DNA from: a bacterium
GTDB taxonomy: Bacteria > SAR324 > NAC60-12
Length of the DNA: 64,000 nt
NCBI GenBank assembly: GCA_965205865.1
Contig: CBDBHR010000023.1
Span: 124,884 to 188,883, forward strand
Direction of reading: 5' to 3'
Shown: positions 45,749-57,350 of the stretch, piece by piece
Position numbering within the stretch: the stretch's first letter is position 1
Layout: each line of letters begins with the position of its first letter
Program-made: the position numbers and the translations under genes
Notes under the pieces: model-generated
Seen by the model: the letters and a program-made list of their open reading frames with translations, nothing else
Database searches by the model: none
Told to the model about the DNA's origin: nothing

Positions 45749-45865
45749 TTTTGTTATCTTATTCTTTGATTTTTTGATTTTCCTATATTTTCCCTCTGTT
45801 GACAGTCGGCAGAGGGCTTAAGAGTTAAGACAAAATGACAGATCTTTCAAAAGGGAGATATTCGT

Positions 45866-46432
45866 ATGAACTCATCCAATGAGCAAGTGATTTTCGAGGA
45901 CAACTTTGACGGTCAGCTGGAGGAAGGATGGTCCTGGCTACGCGAAAATTCGGACCGATGGCGCATCCAAAACCGAGGGTTGGAGATTTGCGTGGAACCC
46001 GGCGCGGAAGATACCGTTAAGAACGCCTTGCTGAGGGCTGCGCCGGATCGGGCACAGAGCAGGTTTGCCATTGAGGTCACGGTGACGAACCATTCGCTAC
46101 CGACGCAACCCTACGAGCAGGCCGGCATTACCTGGTATATTGATGGCAAACCGGTCTTTAAGGAAGTCAAGGAACTGATCGACGGCGAACTCTACATCAT
46201 CCCCGGACAGCCGCCGATGTCGACGAAAAGCGTCCGACTTCGGTTGGTGGTTACCGCTAATTCATGGGAGGCCCAGTATCGCCCGGAAGGCGCCACCGAA
46301 TTCCAAACCGCAGCGACAGGCGAATTGCCTCCGCCGAACAACGACCAGGTGAGTATTCAGTGCTATCATGGCCCGCCGGATGAGGAACATTGGATTCGCT
46401 TCGAGCAGTTCAGCATCAAGCAATTATCATAA
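45866..46432 (+). CDS. Concanavalin-like beta-sandwich protein (DUF1349-like)
   Basis: FEDNFDG.L..GWSWLRE, YEQAG. Confidence 0.6.
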   Translation: MNSSNEQVIFEDNFDGQLEEGWSWLRENSDRWRIQNRGLEICVEPGAEDTVKNALLRAAPDRAQSRFAIEVTVTNHSLPTQPYEQAGITWYIDGKPVFKEVKELIDGELYIIPGQPPMSTKSVRLRLVVTANSWEAQYRPEGATEFQTAATGELPPPNNDQVSIQCYHGPPDEEHWIRFEQFSIKQLS

Positions 46433-46923
46433 TGGCCCCAGGGGAAAATCAAAAATGACCACAATTTTTATCTATTCCGGGAACCCCCAAGACGAATGAC
46501 CCCTTGCTTCCTTCCGCTACACTCGTTTTTGTCGTCCATTGCCCCCTTTCCTTCGACTGGGGAGCGGCGCGTGCTGAAGAGTGAACTTCACTTCAAGAAC
46601 CGATCCAAGACATTTCGGGTGATGCGGTCGACATAAGGATTTCCCTCGGCTAACCCCCAAGCCCATTCGGTGGTGCCCACCGAGAAGCTGGCAGGGAAAC
46701 ACCTGAGCGAACCGTTGTTGTGTCAGGTTGGCGCCGCCTACGAAGGGGCGACTGAGTGGCACAATATGCACCCGAATCTTTGAGCAGATGAGCGGAGTCA
46801 GAGTGCGTTCGCCGGATTTTTGACCAATACCGCTCAGCTTGAGGCTCTGCTGCCAGAGCGGTTTGAAGTCGCGGGTGAGCAAGATCAAGTGACGGGCAAC
46901 TTTTGAGAATAGAAAGAAAGAGT

Positions 46924-47793
46924 ATGAGTATTCAGATTGGCGCGTTTTTTCCGACCAATGACATGCCGGCCGACCGCGTCGCGATCCGCGATTGGGCCCA
47001 GGCGGCAGAGGCGATCGGCTTCGATTTTGTTGTGGTCTCGGACCATGTCCTCGGGGCTGACTGGTCAGCGCTACCCGACTTTGATGGGCCGTACGATGTG
47101 GACGACTCGTCCCATGAAATCTTTGTGACCATGGCTTACATTGCGGCGGTGACCGAGCGGGTCGGCCTCGCAAGCGGGGTGTTGATTCTGCCGCAACGGC
47201 AAACCGCCCTGGTGGCCAAACAAGCGGCCCAGCTCGATGTCGTCTCCGGCGGCCGGTTGCGCCTGGGAATTGGGGTGGGGTGGAACCCCGTCGAATATGA
47301 GGCGCTGGGTCAGGACTGGCGCGTGCGGGGGCGTCGCCAGGCGGAGCAGATCGAACTGATGAACAAGCTCTGGACCAACCGCACGGTCACGTTTGATGGC
47401 GAGTTCGACCGGGTGCACCACGCTGGGATCAAGCCACTACCGATTCAACAGCCGATTCCGATTTGGTTTGGCGGTGAAGTGGAGCCGGTTTTGAGACGCG
47501 CTGCGAAATACGGCCAGGGGTGGATTCCAAGGTTTCGGCCGGACGAGCAGATTGAAGGTCCCATGGAACGCCTACGTACCTATCTACAGGCCGAGGGGCG
47601 GGAGCCAAGCGCATTTGGTCTCGAGGGCTGGGTGCGCAGTAACATCGGTGGACCGGACAAATGGCAGACGGAGGCCGAGCGCTGGGTGACTCTTGGGGCC
47701 ACTCATGTAACGTTTTACACCTCGGGGCAAGGCATTGGCGCGATAGAGCAACAAATTGAGGCCATGAAACAATTCTACGATGCCGTGCGATGA
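46924..47793 (+). CDS. LLM-class (probably F420-dependent) oxidoreductase
   Basis: SDHV, SGGRLRLGIGVGW, PIWFGG. Confidence 0.9.
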   Translation: MSIQIGAFFPTNDMPADRVAIRDWAQAAEAIGFDFVVVSDHVLGADWSALPDFDGPYDVDDSSHEIFVTMAYIAAVTERVGLASGVLILPQRQTALVAKQAAQLDVVSGGRLRLGIGVGWNPVEYEALGQDWRVRGRRQAEQIELMNKLWTNRTVTFDGEFDRVHHAGIKPLPIQQPIPIWFGGEVEPVLRRAAKYGQGWIPRFRPDEQIEGPMERLRTYLQAEGREPSAFGLEGWVRSNIGGPDKWQTEAERWVTLGATHVTFYTSGQGIGAIEQQIEAMKQFYDAVR

Positions 47794-47818
47794 GAACCGA
47801 GTTTATCCAGGAGGAAAA

Positions 47819-48754
47819 ATGAACCTACCCACTTGGACCCGCGACGCCGGGACAATGAAACGAGATATCGACGAGCACGGATATTGTCTCGTCAAGGAAG
47901 CACTGACACCGGAACAGCTTGCCGAAGCACGCGGGCGCCTCAGCGAGCAGGCCGAGGCCGGGCGCAAGGCCGGCGTCGCCTTCTTCAGTGACGGCCGGAT
48001 CCCTGATGACCTGGGAACATTTCCGGAACCCGAGTATGGCAACAACCAAGCTGTGAGTTTTCTCGCAAACAAGGGCCGCATCTTTCGCGAGTTGGCTTCG
48101 CTGCCGGACATTCTGGACATTGTGCACCATGTGCTCGGCGAGGAAATCCGTATCCAAAATCTCTTGGCGCTCATCATTCGCAGTGGCGGCCTGGCGCAGA
48201 CGCTGCACCAGGACCAATGGTTCGTCCCATCGGCCGGCCGCTATGACGAGCCGATGCGGGCCGGATCGATCACACGCGCGAATCCTGGGCAGCCCGAGAC
48301 ACCGGGACCGACACTGATGCCGTGCATCGTGTGCAACGTCATGTGGATGCTGGACGACTTCACCAGCCAAAACGGTGCAACCTGGATCGTGCCCGGCAGC
48401 CACAAGCTCGGACGCCGACCGAACAAGGAAGACCTTAAGAACCAGATGCAGGTGACAGGCCCGGCCGGCAACTGCTTCATCTTCGACGGCCGGCTCATTC
48501 ATGGAGCCGGAGCCTACCTCTCTCAGGATCCGACTGGCGAGCGGAAGGGCCTCACCTACGCTTACCAACCGCCCATGTTCAGGCCCTTCGAGAAATATCC
48601 GATGGCGTTGCTTCCTGAGGTGTATGAGGAAGCGTCCCAAGAGCTTCTCGATCTCCTGGGCTTCAAGGTCTGGTTCGGCGTGGGCCATCTGGGCGACCGC
48701 AATGCGAAGCGCATCTCGCGCGACACACCGATCATCGGGGAGCTGAAGCCGTGA
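47819..48754 (+). CDS. Phytanoyl-CoA dioxygenase family protein
   Basis: LHQD, NGATWIVPGSH, HGAG. Confidence 0.87.
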   Translation: MNLPTWTRDAGTMKRDIDEHGYCLVKEALTPEQLAEARGRLSEQAEAGRKAGVAFFSDGRIPDDLGTFPEPEYGNNQAVSFLANKGRIFRELASLPDILDIVHHVLGEEIRIQNLLALIIRSGGLAQTLHQDQWFVPSAGRYDEPMRAGSITRANPGQPETPGPTLMPCIVCNVMWMLDDFTSQNGATWIVPGSHKLGRRPNKEDLKNQMQVTGPAGNCFIFDGRLIHGAGAYLSQDPTGERKGLTYAYQPPMFRPFEKYPMALLPEVYEEASQELLDLLGFKVWFGVGHLGDRNAKRISRDTPIIGELKP

Positions 48755-48889
48755 GCGAGGCTTCGTAATTGGGAGACAGCCAAGGAAAGTGGGATTCATA
48801 GGCCTCGGCGCCATGGGCATGCCTATGGCCATCAATATTACAATCTGCCCTCTTTTTTTAGGGGGTGAGTGAATGAAGAAAGGGACACT

Positions 48890-49670
48890 ATGAAACGTTT
48901 CAAGGAGAAAGTGGCTATTATCACGGGGGGGGGCTCAAGGGATTGGGGAAGCAACCACCCGGAGACTCGCCAACGAGGGCGCCATGACGGCCATTCTGGA
49001 CATCCAGCTTGAGAAAGCACAGGCGGTGGCTGAGGAGATCCTCTCCCAGGGAGGAAAAAAGTCGATCGCGGTGAAGATGGATGTGACCGACAGCCAGGAG
49101 GTGAAGCGCGCAGTCCGGGAAGTGGAGGAGACCTTTGGAAGGGTTGATGTCCTGATAAACAATGTCGGTAGGGAGGAGATGGGGCTTTTTATTGAGAGTA
49201 CCGAGGAGAGCTGGGACTGGAAAATAGCGCTGAATCTCAGGGGACCCATGACGGTGACCAAAGCCGTCCTGGAGGGGATGGTCCCCAGAAAGTATGGCAG
49301 AATTGTCAATATTAGTTCTGATGCAGGTCGGGCCGGGCAATTCGGTGAAGCGGCTTATGGAGCCGCCAAGGCTGGGATCATCGCCTTGACCAAGGTTTGG
49401 GCACGAGAGCTCATGGAACATAATATCACGGTGAACAGTGTTTCCCCTTTCGCCACGACTCCTGGAAGTGACATTTTTATTGAGCACATGCAAAAGGGTG
49501 AGTCAAATGCTTTTAAAAAGAGTCCTCCGAGCCCTCCTAAATTGTATAGAAAGACGGGCAAAGGGAAACCTGAGGAAATGGCCGCTGCTGTGGCTTTCTT
49601 TGCCTCGGACGAAGCCAGCTATATTACCGGACAGACCCTCAGTGTGAATGGCGGGAGGTATATGTTTTGA
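48890..49670 (+). pseudogene. SDR oxidoreductase with a +1 frameshift in a G9 tract
   Basis: With G8 the frame reads MKRFKEKVAIITGGAQGIG and joins ORF 48984. Confidence 0.8.
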
Positions 49671-49701
49671 GGTTTAAGGTAGAGAAGCAAGGGGATACAA
49701 A

Positions 49702-50682
49702 ATGCAAACCTACATCATCAGAAGGTTACTCCTGCTCATCCCTACTATTTGGGTAGCGAGCCTGCTCGTGTTCATCCTGATGCGCCTGATTCCCGGTGAT
49801 TTTGCGGACAAGATAGCAGCTCAGAACCCATTTTTTCAAGCAGAAGACGCAAAGAGGGTGAGACAGGCCATGGGGCTGGATGTGCCCATCTTGGTCCAAT
49901 ACGGACGCTATATGGGAGTGATGGCCGACCACGAAAGCGCTTTTTCCGGAATTTTACAAGGCAGCTTCGGAAGATCGCTGTGGAGCAAGGAACCTGTGAC
50001 GAAGGTAATACTCGATAGATTGGCAGTCACTGTTGAGCTGGGGTTCTTTGCTTTAACGATATCGCTCCTCATCGCCCTACCGATCGGTACCTATTCAGCG
50101 ATACGGCAGGAAACCCTGGGCGACTATGCAGCGCGCAGCTTTGCGATTTTGGCGATTGCCATTCCCAACTTCTGGTTAGGAACGATGTTCGTCGTCTTTC
50201 CCTCGATTTGGTTTTGGTGGTCTCCGGCGATCATGCTGATCCGGTTCACGGAGGATCCGCTGGGAAACCTGGAGCAGTTCCTCATTCCGGCTCTTGTTTT
50301 GGGCGTGTTTTTATCAGGGATGACCATGAGAATGACGCGAACCATGATGCTGGAGGTGTTGAGACAAGATTACATCAGGACGGCTTGGGCCAAGGGACTC
50401 AAGGAGAGGGTAGTCATCCTCCGGCATACTCTTAAAAACGCCCTGATTCCCGTGATCACCGTCGTCGGATATTTAATACCTTACATTGTTGGGGGTTCCG
50501 TTGTCGTAGAGCAGATATTCGGCATCCCTGGCATGAGTTTGCAATTTCTACAGGCGGTCGAAGATAGAGACTATCCTGTCGTCTCCGGAATCATGTTGTT
50601 TGTGGGGGGCGTTGTCCTGCTGTCCAATCTCGTGACGGACCTGGCCTACGCCTACCTGGACCCCAGGATTCGGTTTAGGTAA
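49702..50682 (+). CDS. DppB/OppB-like permease
   Basis: RQDYIRTAWAKG, LDPRIRF. Confidence 0.92.
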   Translation: MQTYIIRRLLLLIPTIWVASLLVFILMRLIPGDFADKIAAQNPFFQAEDAKRVRQAMGLDVPILVQYGRYMGVMADHESAFSGILQGSFGRSLWSKEPVTKVILDRLAVTVELGFFALTISLLIALPIGTYSAIRQETLGDYAARSFAILAIAIPNFWLGTMFVVFPSIWFWWSPAIMLIRFTEDPLGNLEQFLIPALVLGVFLSGMTMRMTRTMMLEVLRQDYIRTAWAKGLKERVVILRHTLKNALIPVITVVGYLIPYIVGGSVVVEQIFGIPGMSLQFLQAVEDRDYPVVSGIMLFVGGVVLLSNLVTDLAYAYLDPRIRFR

Positions 50683-50717
50683 GGGGATTATGGCATTACC
50701 CACCGCAAGGAGAGATC

Positions 50718-51665
50718 TTGAATGATACCATAGAAATCCCATCCGAAATCAGTGAGTCCAAGCGACGTTCCAGGCTGGGGGTGTTCTTTACCAGGCTGGT
50801 CAAGGAGAAACCCCTGGGTTTTGTGGGGGGGATTATCGTGCTGCTCTTTCTGATTGCCGGCATCTTTGCCGATTGGCTGGCGCCTTACGGCGTGAACGAG
50901 TATAACTCCATGGATCACCTGCATCCCCCCTCATTCAAGTACCTCCTCGATGCGGATAACCTGGGGCGGGACATGTTAAGCCGGGTGATCTTTGGGGCTC
51001 GCATCTCCATGATTGTCGGTCTCGCTGCTGCTGCTGTGGCTATATTTATTGCCCTCTTGATCGGCGTGCCTTCCGGTTACTTTGGCGTGAAGCTCGATAT
51101 GGTGGTATAGCGCTTTGTGGATGGCTGGATGGTCTTCCCCGTGTTAATCCTGCTCCTGGGCATTGTCTCTGTCGTGGGAACCGGGATGTTGCAGTTGATT
51201 ATCGTTTTAGGGTTGTTTGAAGGGATTTACGGTTCCAGGATCATTAGAAGCGCCGTGATCGGGATTCGAGAGAATATGTATTTAGAAGCAGCGGTGGCGA
51301 TTGGCTGTCCGACGGTGAGAATCATTACCCGACATATTCTGCCCAATATCATGGCCCCCTTAATCATCGTCTTTTCGTTGAGTGCGCCGACGATCATTTT
51401 AAATGAAGCGGCCCTCAGCTTCCTGGGTTTTGGCATCCCCCCTCCCTCGACCAGCTGGGGAGGGATGCTCAGTGGCTCCGGACGCCGCTATATGTTTCTC
51501 GCTCCCTGGATTGCCTTATGGCCTGGTCTTTCTCTGACGATTGTAGTTTATGGCATGAATATGTTTGGAGACGCCATGAGAGACTTACTGGACCCAAGGC
51601 TGAGGGGCGCTTCAGGGCGCTATGGAGGGTTTCAGGCGAGGTCTCGCCTAAAGAGAGCTTTATGA
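50718..51665 (+). pseudogene. DppC-like permease with an internal TAG
   Basis: TAG at 51108-51110 where paralogs have CAG (QRFVD). Confidence 0.85.
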
Positions 51666-51685
51666 TTTTTGGAAAGGAGAGCATT

Positions 51686-52685
51686 ATGATTTTCGGAGAA
51701 GGTATGTACAGATACAGAGTGGTCGAGGGCTGGGGAAAATTGCCCGAGGGCTGGGATTTCACCGGGACTGCTCCAACGAATTTGGCAATCACACCCACCA
51801 GTGAAATGTATGGTGGAGAATGGATCGGAGTCTATGCTCTCGCCGTGGATTCCGAAGATCGGGTCTATGTCTCGAACCATGGCGATCATCCCGTGATCGT
51901 TTTTGACCACAAGGGGCAACTTCAGTACCTCTTGGGCGGAAGGCTTATTCAGGATTCCTCCCCATGCGTTTCGTATGGGGGCTGACGGGTTGGTCTACTG
52001 CGTCAATATGGAACTGAATTCCATGCAAAAGTTCAGCAGTGACGGGAAATTACTGTTCACGCGGGGAGACAAAGATCAACCATCGGATACCGGGATCGAA
52101 GGCGGGGATTACAGGACAATCAAACGCTCCGGGCCCCCTTTTTTCCGCCCGACGGATGTGGCAGTCACCCCCACCGGTGACATGTATGTCATCGGTGGCT
52201 ACCGCAATGCCCAGGTGCATAAATTTTCTGCCGAGGGGACCCTGCTTTTCTCCTGGGGCGAACCCGGCAGCTGGCCTGGAGAGTTTAATCTCCCTCATGG
52301 CGTTGTTTTAGACAGCGAAGGCAGAGTTTACGTCGCCGACCGCGAGAACAGCCGTATCCAGATCTTCAGCCCCGATGGAGATTTCATCACTGAATGGACC
52401 GGTGTGACTCGCCCACTCGCCCTGGCCATTGACCAAAAGGATATCCTATACGTGACCGAATTGCCTTCTGCAGAAAGCCCGCAGGCGGGTGTCAGCCTCT
52501 GGAACAGCGCGGGAGAATTACTGACGCGCTGGGGAGGAGAGGACACTTTAGCCCCTGGGAACGTCTGCATCCCCCATGCGATATGCGTGGACTCGCGAGG
52601 GGACGTCTATGTCGGCGACCTCCCAGGGAGAGGCATGTTGCCCACGGGCTATAACACCTTGCAGAAATTTGCCAGGGTGGTTTAG
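51686..52685 (+). pseudogene. NHL-repeat beta-propeller protein, frameshifted near 51930
   Basis: VEGWGKLP, GEFNLPHG, VYVADRENSRIQ split across two frames. Confidence 0.8.
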
Positions 52686-52801
52686 CTGGAAGCGCGGTTC
52701 TATGCTGATCAGCTTCAGCTAATAAGGGGTCCTGTGTATACAGGTTCCGAATACCACCAGTTCCGCTGGTGGATGCTGATTTGAATAAGGGTCAGGCTTC
52801 G

Positions 52802-53734
52802 TTATTTCGTTAATTTGTTTCGTATAGTTTCGTATTGCTCCTTCAGTTGAGAATCGACAGATAACTTGTTTTTCAATCTCCCAACCCCTTCGCAAATGGT
52901 CACGATATCCCTATTAAAAAAAAGAGCAATTCCTTGAAATGAAGCCACGGAAAACTATTCAGCAAATAGCGCAACAAAAGCTCTGGCAAGCGCGTTTTTT
53001 CTTTGCCTGCCAAGCATTTTGAGAACCTCAGGATTCACTTGCAAGACTGCTCCGACATCTTGTAGAATATCTTCTCATTTTAATGCAATTTGAACTTTTT
53101 CTTCCGCACTCCGGAGAGCCCTTTCCGCAAAGCTGTCATCACCAATAATATCGGGTTTGGTCTCTCCTTTTCGAAAAAGAGAGGGATCTTCTTCCCTCTC
53201 ATCAAGGAAAGCAGCATATTTTCTGATAGCCACCCGTTTGCTTTTTCCAAACCTTTGATAAACCGTATCTCGATAAACCCAATCCTTCTGCTCACTTTCC
53301 AAATAACAGAGATGGCTGCTGTAGGGATAGTTTTTCAGATCTTTCACCAAATCGGCACGTAAAGGATTTTGATGAATGTAGCGGATCAATCCTAAAAGAT
53401 AACGTTCCTCATCGACCAAGATCGCTTTATATCGCCCCTGAAAAAGATGACCCATCCGTTTTTGTTGTTAATTGATTTGGCGCGTGTAACGAAAGGAGAG
53501 ATTCTGCATTATTTTTGATAAAGTCAGCTCGCCAACTTGAAGAGTAAAATGCATATGAATACTCATCAAATAAAAAGCATGGACTCGATAATCAAATCGC
53601 TCGATTCCTTCCTCCAACAAAGAATAGACCACTTGGCGATCACTATCGGAAAAAAAGATACTTTGACCTCCATTGCCACGAAGCATCACATGGTAGATGC
53701 CTCCGGGGAGATGAATACGGGGTTTACGAGACAT
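52802..53734 (-). pseudogene. REP-associated tyrosine transposase with C-terminal HTH, several nonsense codons
   Basis: YHVMLRGN, HMH (HUH), GHLFQGRYK, YIHQNP, YSS. Confidence 0.88.
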
Positions 53735-53814
53735 AGGATTCCTTCCAAAGATTGGGTGAAAACATTCAAGGAGATCCTACCACAAATATAAAATTTTTAA
53801 TAACGAATTAACGA

Positions 53815-54506
53815 GTCACCGTAAAGAACTGACTTATAGTGGTTTCCAGCCACCTTTCGTCATTCCTCCGGTACAGATCCGGACGTGCGCTGCTAACGCA
53901 TCCGGCTCCTGCTTCGAGTCAGACGCTCAAACGTTGCCGTTTGGCGCACCCTGCTTAAACCGCTCTCTGATTTTACCGGCCTCTGAGTTCCGAACACAGG
54001 AGGGCAAGCAGAATTCCTCTCAGCCAAGTCCCTTTGCTCCACAGGCTCCGTTGATTTCCTTTGCATTATTACTCTCTACAAATGATCTCATTGTTCACCG
54101 CTTCATCGCTACTACGAACTTGTCCGACTTCCTGAAGACGTAGATATCGGGGTTATTTATTAATTTTCCCGATCCGACTACCAATAGAATGTTGACAGTC
54201 GTCTTCAGGATCTCCCAGGTTCCGATCAAGAAACTTCCACACATGCACCGGGTCTTTGACTCCGCCAGGCTCAGCCGAGACTCACGCTAAGGCCTTCGGT
54301 TGATATTGCCTTCCCCACCAGACCACAAGGTCAGCGCCTGAAACTATGATTTCGGAGCTCAATACCGAGCCTATGTTCTCCCCTGTCAACGCTTAGCGCC
54401 TATCCTTGCGAATAACCACTCATGACTCGGGGACTCGGCGGCTCGTTACTGCCTTACCGAGTAAGAGACTTTCACTCTCTATTTCTTGCCAGCTTTCCTG
54501 GCGCAC
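53815..54506 (-). mobile_element. ORF-less group II intron A
   Basis: 5' GTGCG; domain V GAGCCGGATGCGTTAGCAGCGCACGTCCGGATC; 3' AC; removal restores the TIR. Confidence 0.88.
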
Positions 54507-54567
54507 AGCCTGACCCGAACTCAATTATGAATAGGCATTGACCACTTTTTTGAGATATTCCTCAAGG

Positions 54568-54711
54568 GTAACTATTTAGGTGCGAGTTTCCTGGGTTTGC
54601 GGGTATTTTCCTTGGAAAAAGCGCAAAAAATCATTCACTTTTAAGGTATTTTGACGCAATTTAGAGGTTCTGTCGCCCTCTAGCCCAGTGTTTTAGCACC
54701 TAAATAGTTAC
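54568..54711. mobile_element. 144-bp MITE with perfect 16-bp TIRs and an 8-bp target duplication
   Basis: CCTCAAGG|GTAACTATTTAGGTGC...GCACCTAAATAGTTAC|CCTCAAGG. Confidence 0.9.
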
Positions 54712-54816
54712 CCTCAAGGCTAAATATAAGAGTTTCATGACACTCTCATCATGAGGAAATGAACTTCTATTTTTGATGATTTTTCTCAAACTTCGATTGA
54801 CCGATTCATTGGCATG

Positions 54817-55060
54817 AATGGGGACAGGCCGAGTACGCTAAGAATGGGGACAGGCCGATTACGCTAACATAAGACCTGGATTCGGATTAAAAGCCTCATT
54901 GATTTTTCAAGAGCGCCCACAAACCTTCCACCTCGGCCAAGGCTTCTTTCTCTCGTTGCAAGGCGTTCCCCTTCTTTTTCTTTTCGTTCTTTTTGAAAGC
55001 GTTTCAGGAGGAAGGGGCTGTAGAGCGGATCATCGACAAATGTTTCCAACTCAAAGATTT
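54817..55060 (-). pseudogene. Remnant of another RAYT-like element with a tandemly duplicated end
   Basis: GAATGGGGACAGGCCGAKTACGCTAA x2; TRERSLG..RFVGALEK resembles RAYT C-termini. Confidence 0.45.
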
Positions 55061-55186
55061 CCTCCAAATCTTGGAGACGAAAGGCAAATTCCGGCAACGT
55101 TTGCGAGCGAATCACTCCTGCATTGTCAGGAACCATAGGTTGGTAGACGCCTTAAGAGGTCAATCGGTAAAAAGCGGTATGTTTTT

Positions 55187-55690
55187 TTAATCGATCCACA
55201 ATATAATATTCTCGCACTCCCACCGCTTCATATTCTTTTTTTTTGAAAATCGTGTCTCGCTCCATTTCTTTCTTGGTGAAATCCGATAAAAACTCAACGC
55301 AGACATCACAAACACCTCGAAAGGAACGGTCTAAATCTTGAGTGGCAATGGGGTTGGTATGGCGTTAATCACGGCGAGATCCGGTTTGCGAACGCTCACT
55401 TCTTCTCCCATATCCAGCCGAAAGACCATATCCAGCCCCATCAGCCTTCCCACCGGAAAGGTTTTGAGATACTCTTTCAAGAGCTGTAAAAACCATTGGT
55501 ACATTTCGAAGCTCAAATAATCCGACATCGGTTTCTCCTCCAAAAGGCCGTTGTTCCATTCATAGTGAAAGTCCGGATGTTCATAGTAATTTTGCCAATA
55601 ATCCTGCTCACTGATTCGTTTTCCGGCCTCCAAAGAAATAAGTGTTTTCTTCTGGGGTTTCGTTTCCTTTAAGATGTCCGTTGTTTCCAT
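55187..55690 (-). pseudogene. Uma2 family endonuclease, frameshifted
   Basis: YEWNNG.LEEKPM, RKPD, VEFLS, GVREYYIVD across frames. Confidence 0.8.
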
Positions 55691-55964
55691 GAAAATCTCC
55701 TTTGCTCTTGAATGGGTTGTCACTTCCTCACATCAAACTGTAACATATTCCGCTTCCCCTTGTAAACAGACCGACGGAGGATGCTCTGCTGTTTGGTCAT
55801 AATCATAAATCTCAATCAGGGCTTCCATCGTCTTCAACACTTGCCGGGCTTCCGAGTTTTGCCATTGCTCTTTGAGCTTGTTTATTTACCATTTTTCCTT
55901 TTTTCTGCTCCCTTTTCTTTTTGACCTTCTGCACAACTCTATGATGGGCTGTTTTTTTTGCGCA

Positions 55965-56743
55965 CGCGAACGCAAAAGTGAGCCGTTGCTTTTTGCAGAG
56001 CGTAGCGGCGCAGAAAGTAATCGGTCTCCACTGATTTGTGTGTGCCCGGCATGGGCATGAACTTATGGGGTGTGAGTCCCCTGTACATTATCCGAAAAGT
56101 ATACTAGTCAGCTTATGATTACAACTTTAAAAAGTACTAGCCGAGGGCAAGTGCGGGGAGGTGACGAGCCGTGCGGAGGAAGCCTAAGCGCAAACCTACG
56201 AGTCGACGGACAGAAACAGCATATAAGGCTGAACTTCGGGGCGAGCAAGCACAACATTGCGATGTCCACTCGGATTAAGGAGGATGGTAAATGCTGCGAT
56301 TGTGTAGGGAAAGTTCATGCTCTTACCCGGGGAGATCTGATCGTGATGCGGTCGGAGATAGTGAGATGAAGACTAGAAGAGCCAGGAGCGGTTAATTCCT
56401 CTCTTGCGCATCACTCTCCTTCTTCTCGTTTGTCTCAGGTAGCGCGGTGTCGAGTAATCGGCAACGAAGGCGGTCAGAAGTCAGCCGAGGGCATAGTAGC
56501 TCCTGGAGAGTGAAGGCCCGAACCCAAGAGAACGCTCTATCCCATATGCTCTGTACATTGATGAAGCCGACCGGTGGAGATGATTAAAATAGGTGCGTTG
56601 TGGGACGAATAAACGTACAGGTTTGTGGTTGCAAATCTGGTCCGGCTACGGCCCGACACTCTTTGGGAATCGCCCCGTACGGACCCGTATGCGGGGTGGT
56701 GTGGGAGGGAGGGGAGAAAAACCCCTTCCTATCCCGATTCGAT
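55965..56743 (-). other. attC site (about 80 bp when rejoined) interrupted by group II intron B
   Basis: R'' ATCGA|AC, CAGTGGAGACCG...CGGCTCACT, R' GTTCGCG. Confidence 0.8.
56040..56738 (+). mobile_element. ORF-less class C (attC-type) group II intron B
   Basis: 5' GTGTGCCCGGCATGGG; short domain V CGCCCCGTACGGACCCGTATGCGGGGTGG; 3' CCCGAT; TTGT|T insertion site. Confidence 0.9.
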
Positions 56744-57115
56744 TTATGCAATTTTAAGTGCGTTTCTGACAGCATTTGGATTTCGTTCAATTACCTTCAA
56801 TAAGGTTCTTGCGGCCTGATCCGGACGAACCCTTCTTTGCTCCCAATCTCTCAGTGTCGCCAGAGATAAATGAAATGTCTTTGCGAATTCTTGTTGGGTC
56901 ATACTAAGCTTGGCTCGTATCAGTTTGACATCAACAGTGGGGTGTAAGTCTTTCCGTTGGGAGAGGGGAGGTTCAATCAAGGCATCAGGATCATTTAATG
57001 CATTTTGATAGACTTCTTCCTCAGTCATTGAATCAATTCTTTTCCAATCAGTCTTTCCTTGAGGAATCTCCTTTAAAGAATTAACGGTAATAGCTGTAAT
57101 ATTCTTATTCTTCAT
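56744..57115 (-). CDS. HTH (Xre-like) antitoxin
   Basis: TDWKRIDSM, MTQQEFA..TLRDWEQ. Confidence 0.85.
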   Translation of the reverse strand: MKNKNITAITVNSLKEIPQGKTDWKRIDSMTEEEVYQNALNDPDALIEPPLSQRKDLHPTVDVKLIRAKLSMTQQEFAKTFHLSLATLRDWEQRRVRPDQAARTLLKVIERNPNAVRNALKIA

Positions 57116-57350
57116 ACTTTTCTGCCTTTCTTGCTGAAATGATACGAATATTGCTTCATCTCCAAGTCTACACAACATAAAGAATGCGACCTTGAGCCAT
57201 TCCAATGACATTAAACCGTTCCTCATCCCAGGAAGTATCATCCAGTTCAACTCGTAGTTCATCGAAAAAAACAGGAATAGCTTCTTGAAAAGAAAGACCA
57301 TGAGTTTCGATATTCATTTGGTTCTTATTTTCATCCCATTCAAATTTCAA
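57105..57350 (-). pseudogene. BrnT family toxin with in-frame stops
   Basis: MKFEWDENKN..HGLSF, EERF..IG, RIISARKA after TAG and TGA. Confidence 0.85.

Larger units (their letters stand above)
52789..54516 (-). mobile_element. TIR-bounded RAYT (Y1 HUH transposase) element; one TIR split by a group II intron
   Basis: GGGTCAGGCTTCGTTATTTCGTTA at the left; TAACGAATTAACGA|AGCCTGACCC at the right after intron removal. Confidence 0.8.

Noticed and set aside
47825-48835. 336-aa antisense ORF and similar shadow ORFs
   Set aside because: They overlap well-supported genes on the opposite strand in GC-rich DNA
51108-51110. Pyrrolysine or readthrough at the TAG in dppC
   Set aside because: Paralogs have CAG; a simple C>T nonsense change in a decaying region explains it
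54817-54868. CRISPR array
   Set aside because: Two abutting 26-bp units with no spacer and no cas genes
57145-57170. Selenocysteine at the TGA in the BrnT toxin
   Set aside because: Preceded by a TAG, not a Cys position, and no SECIS-like hairpin
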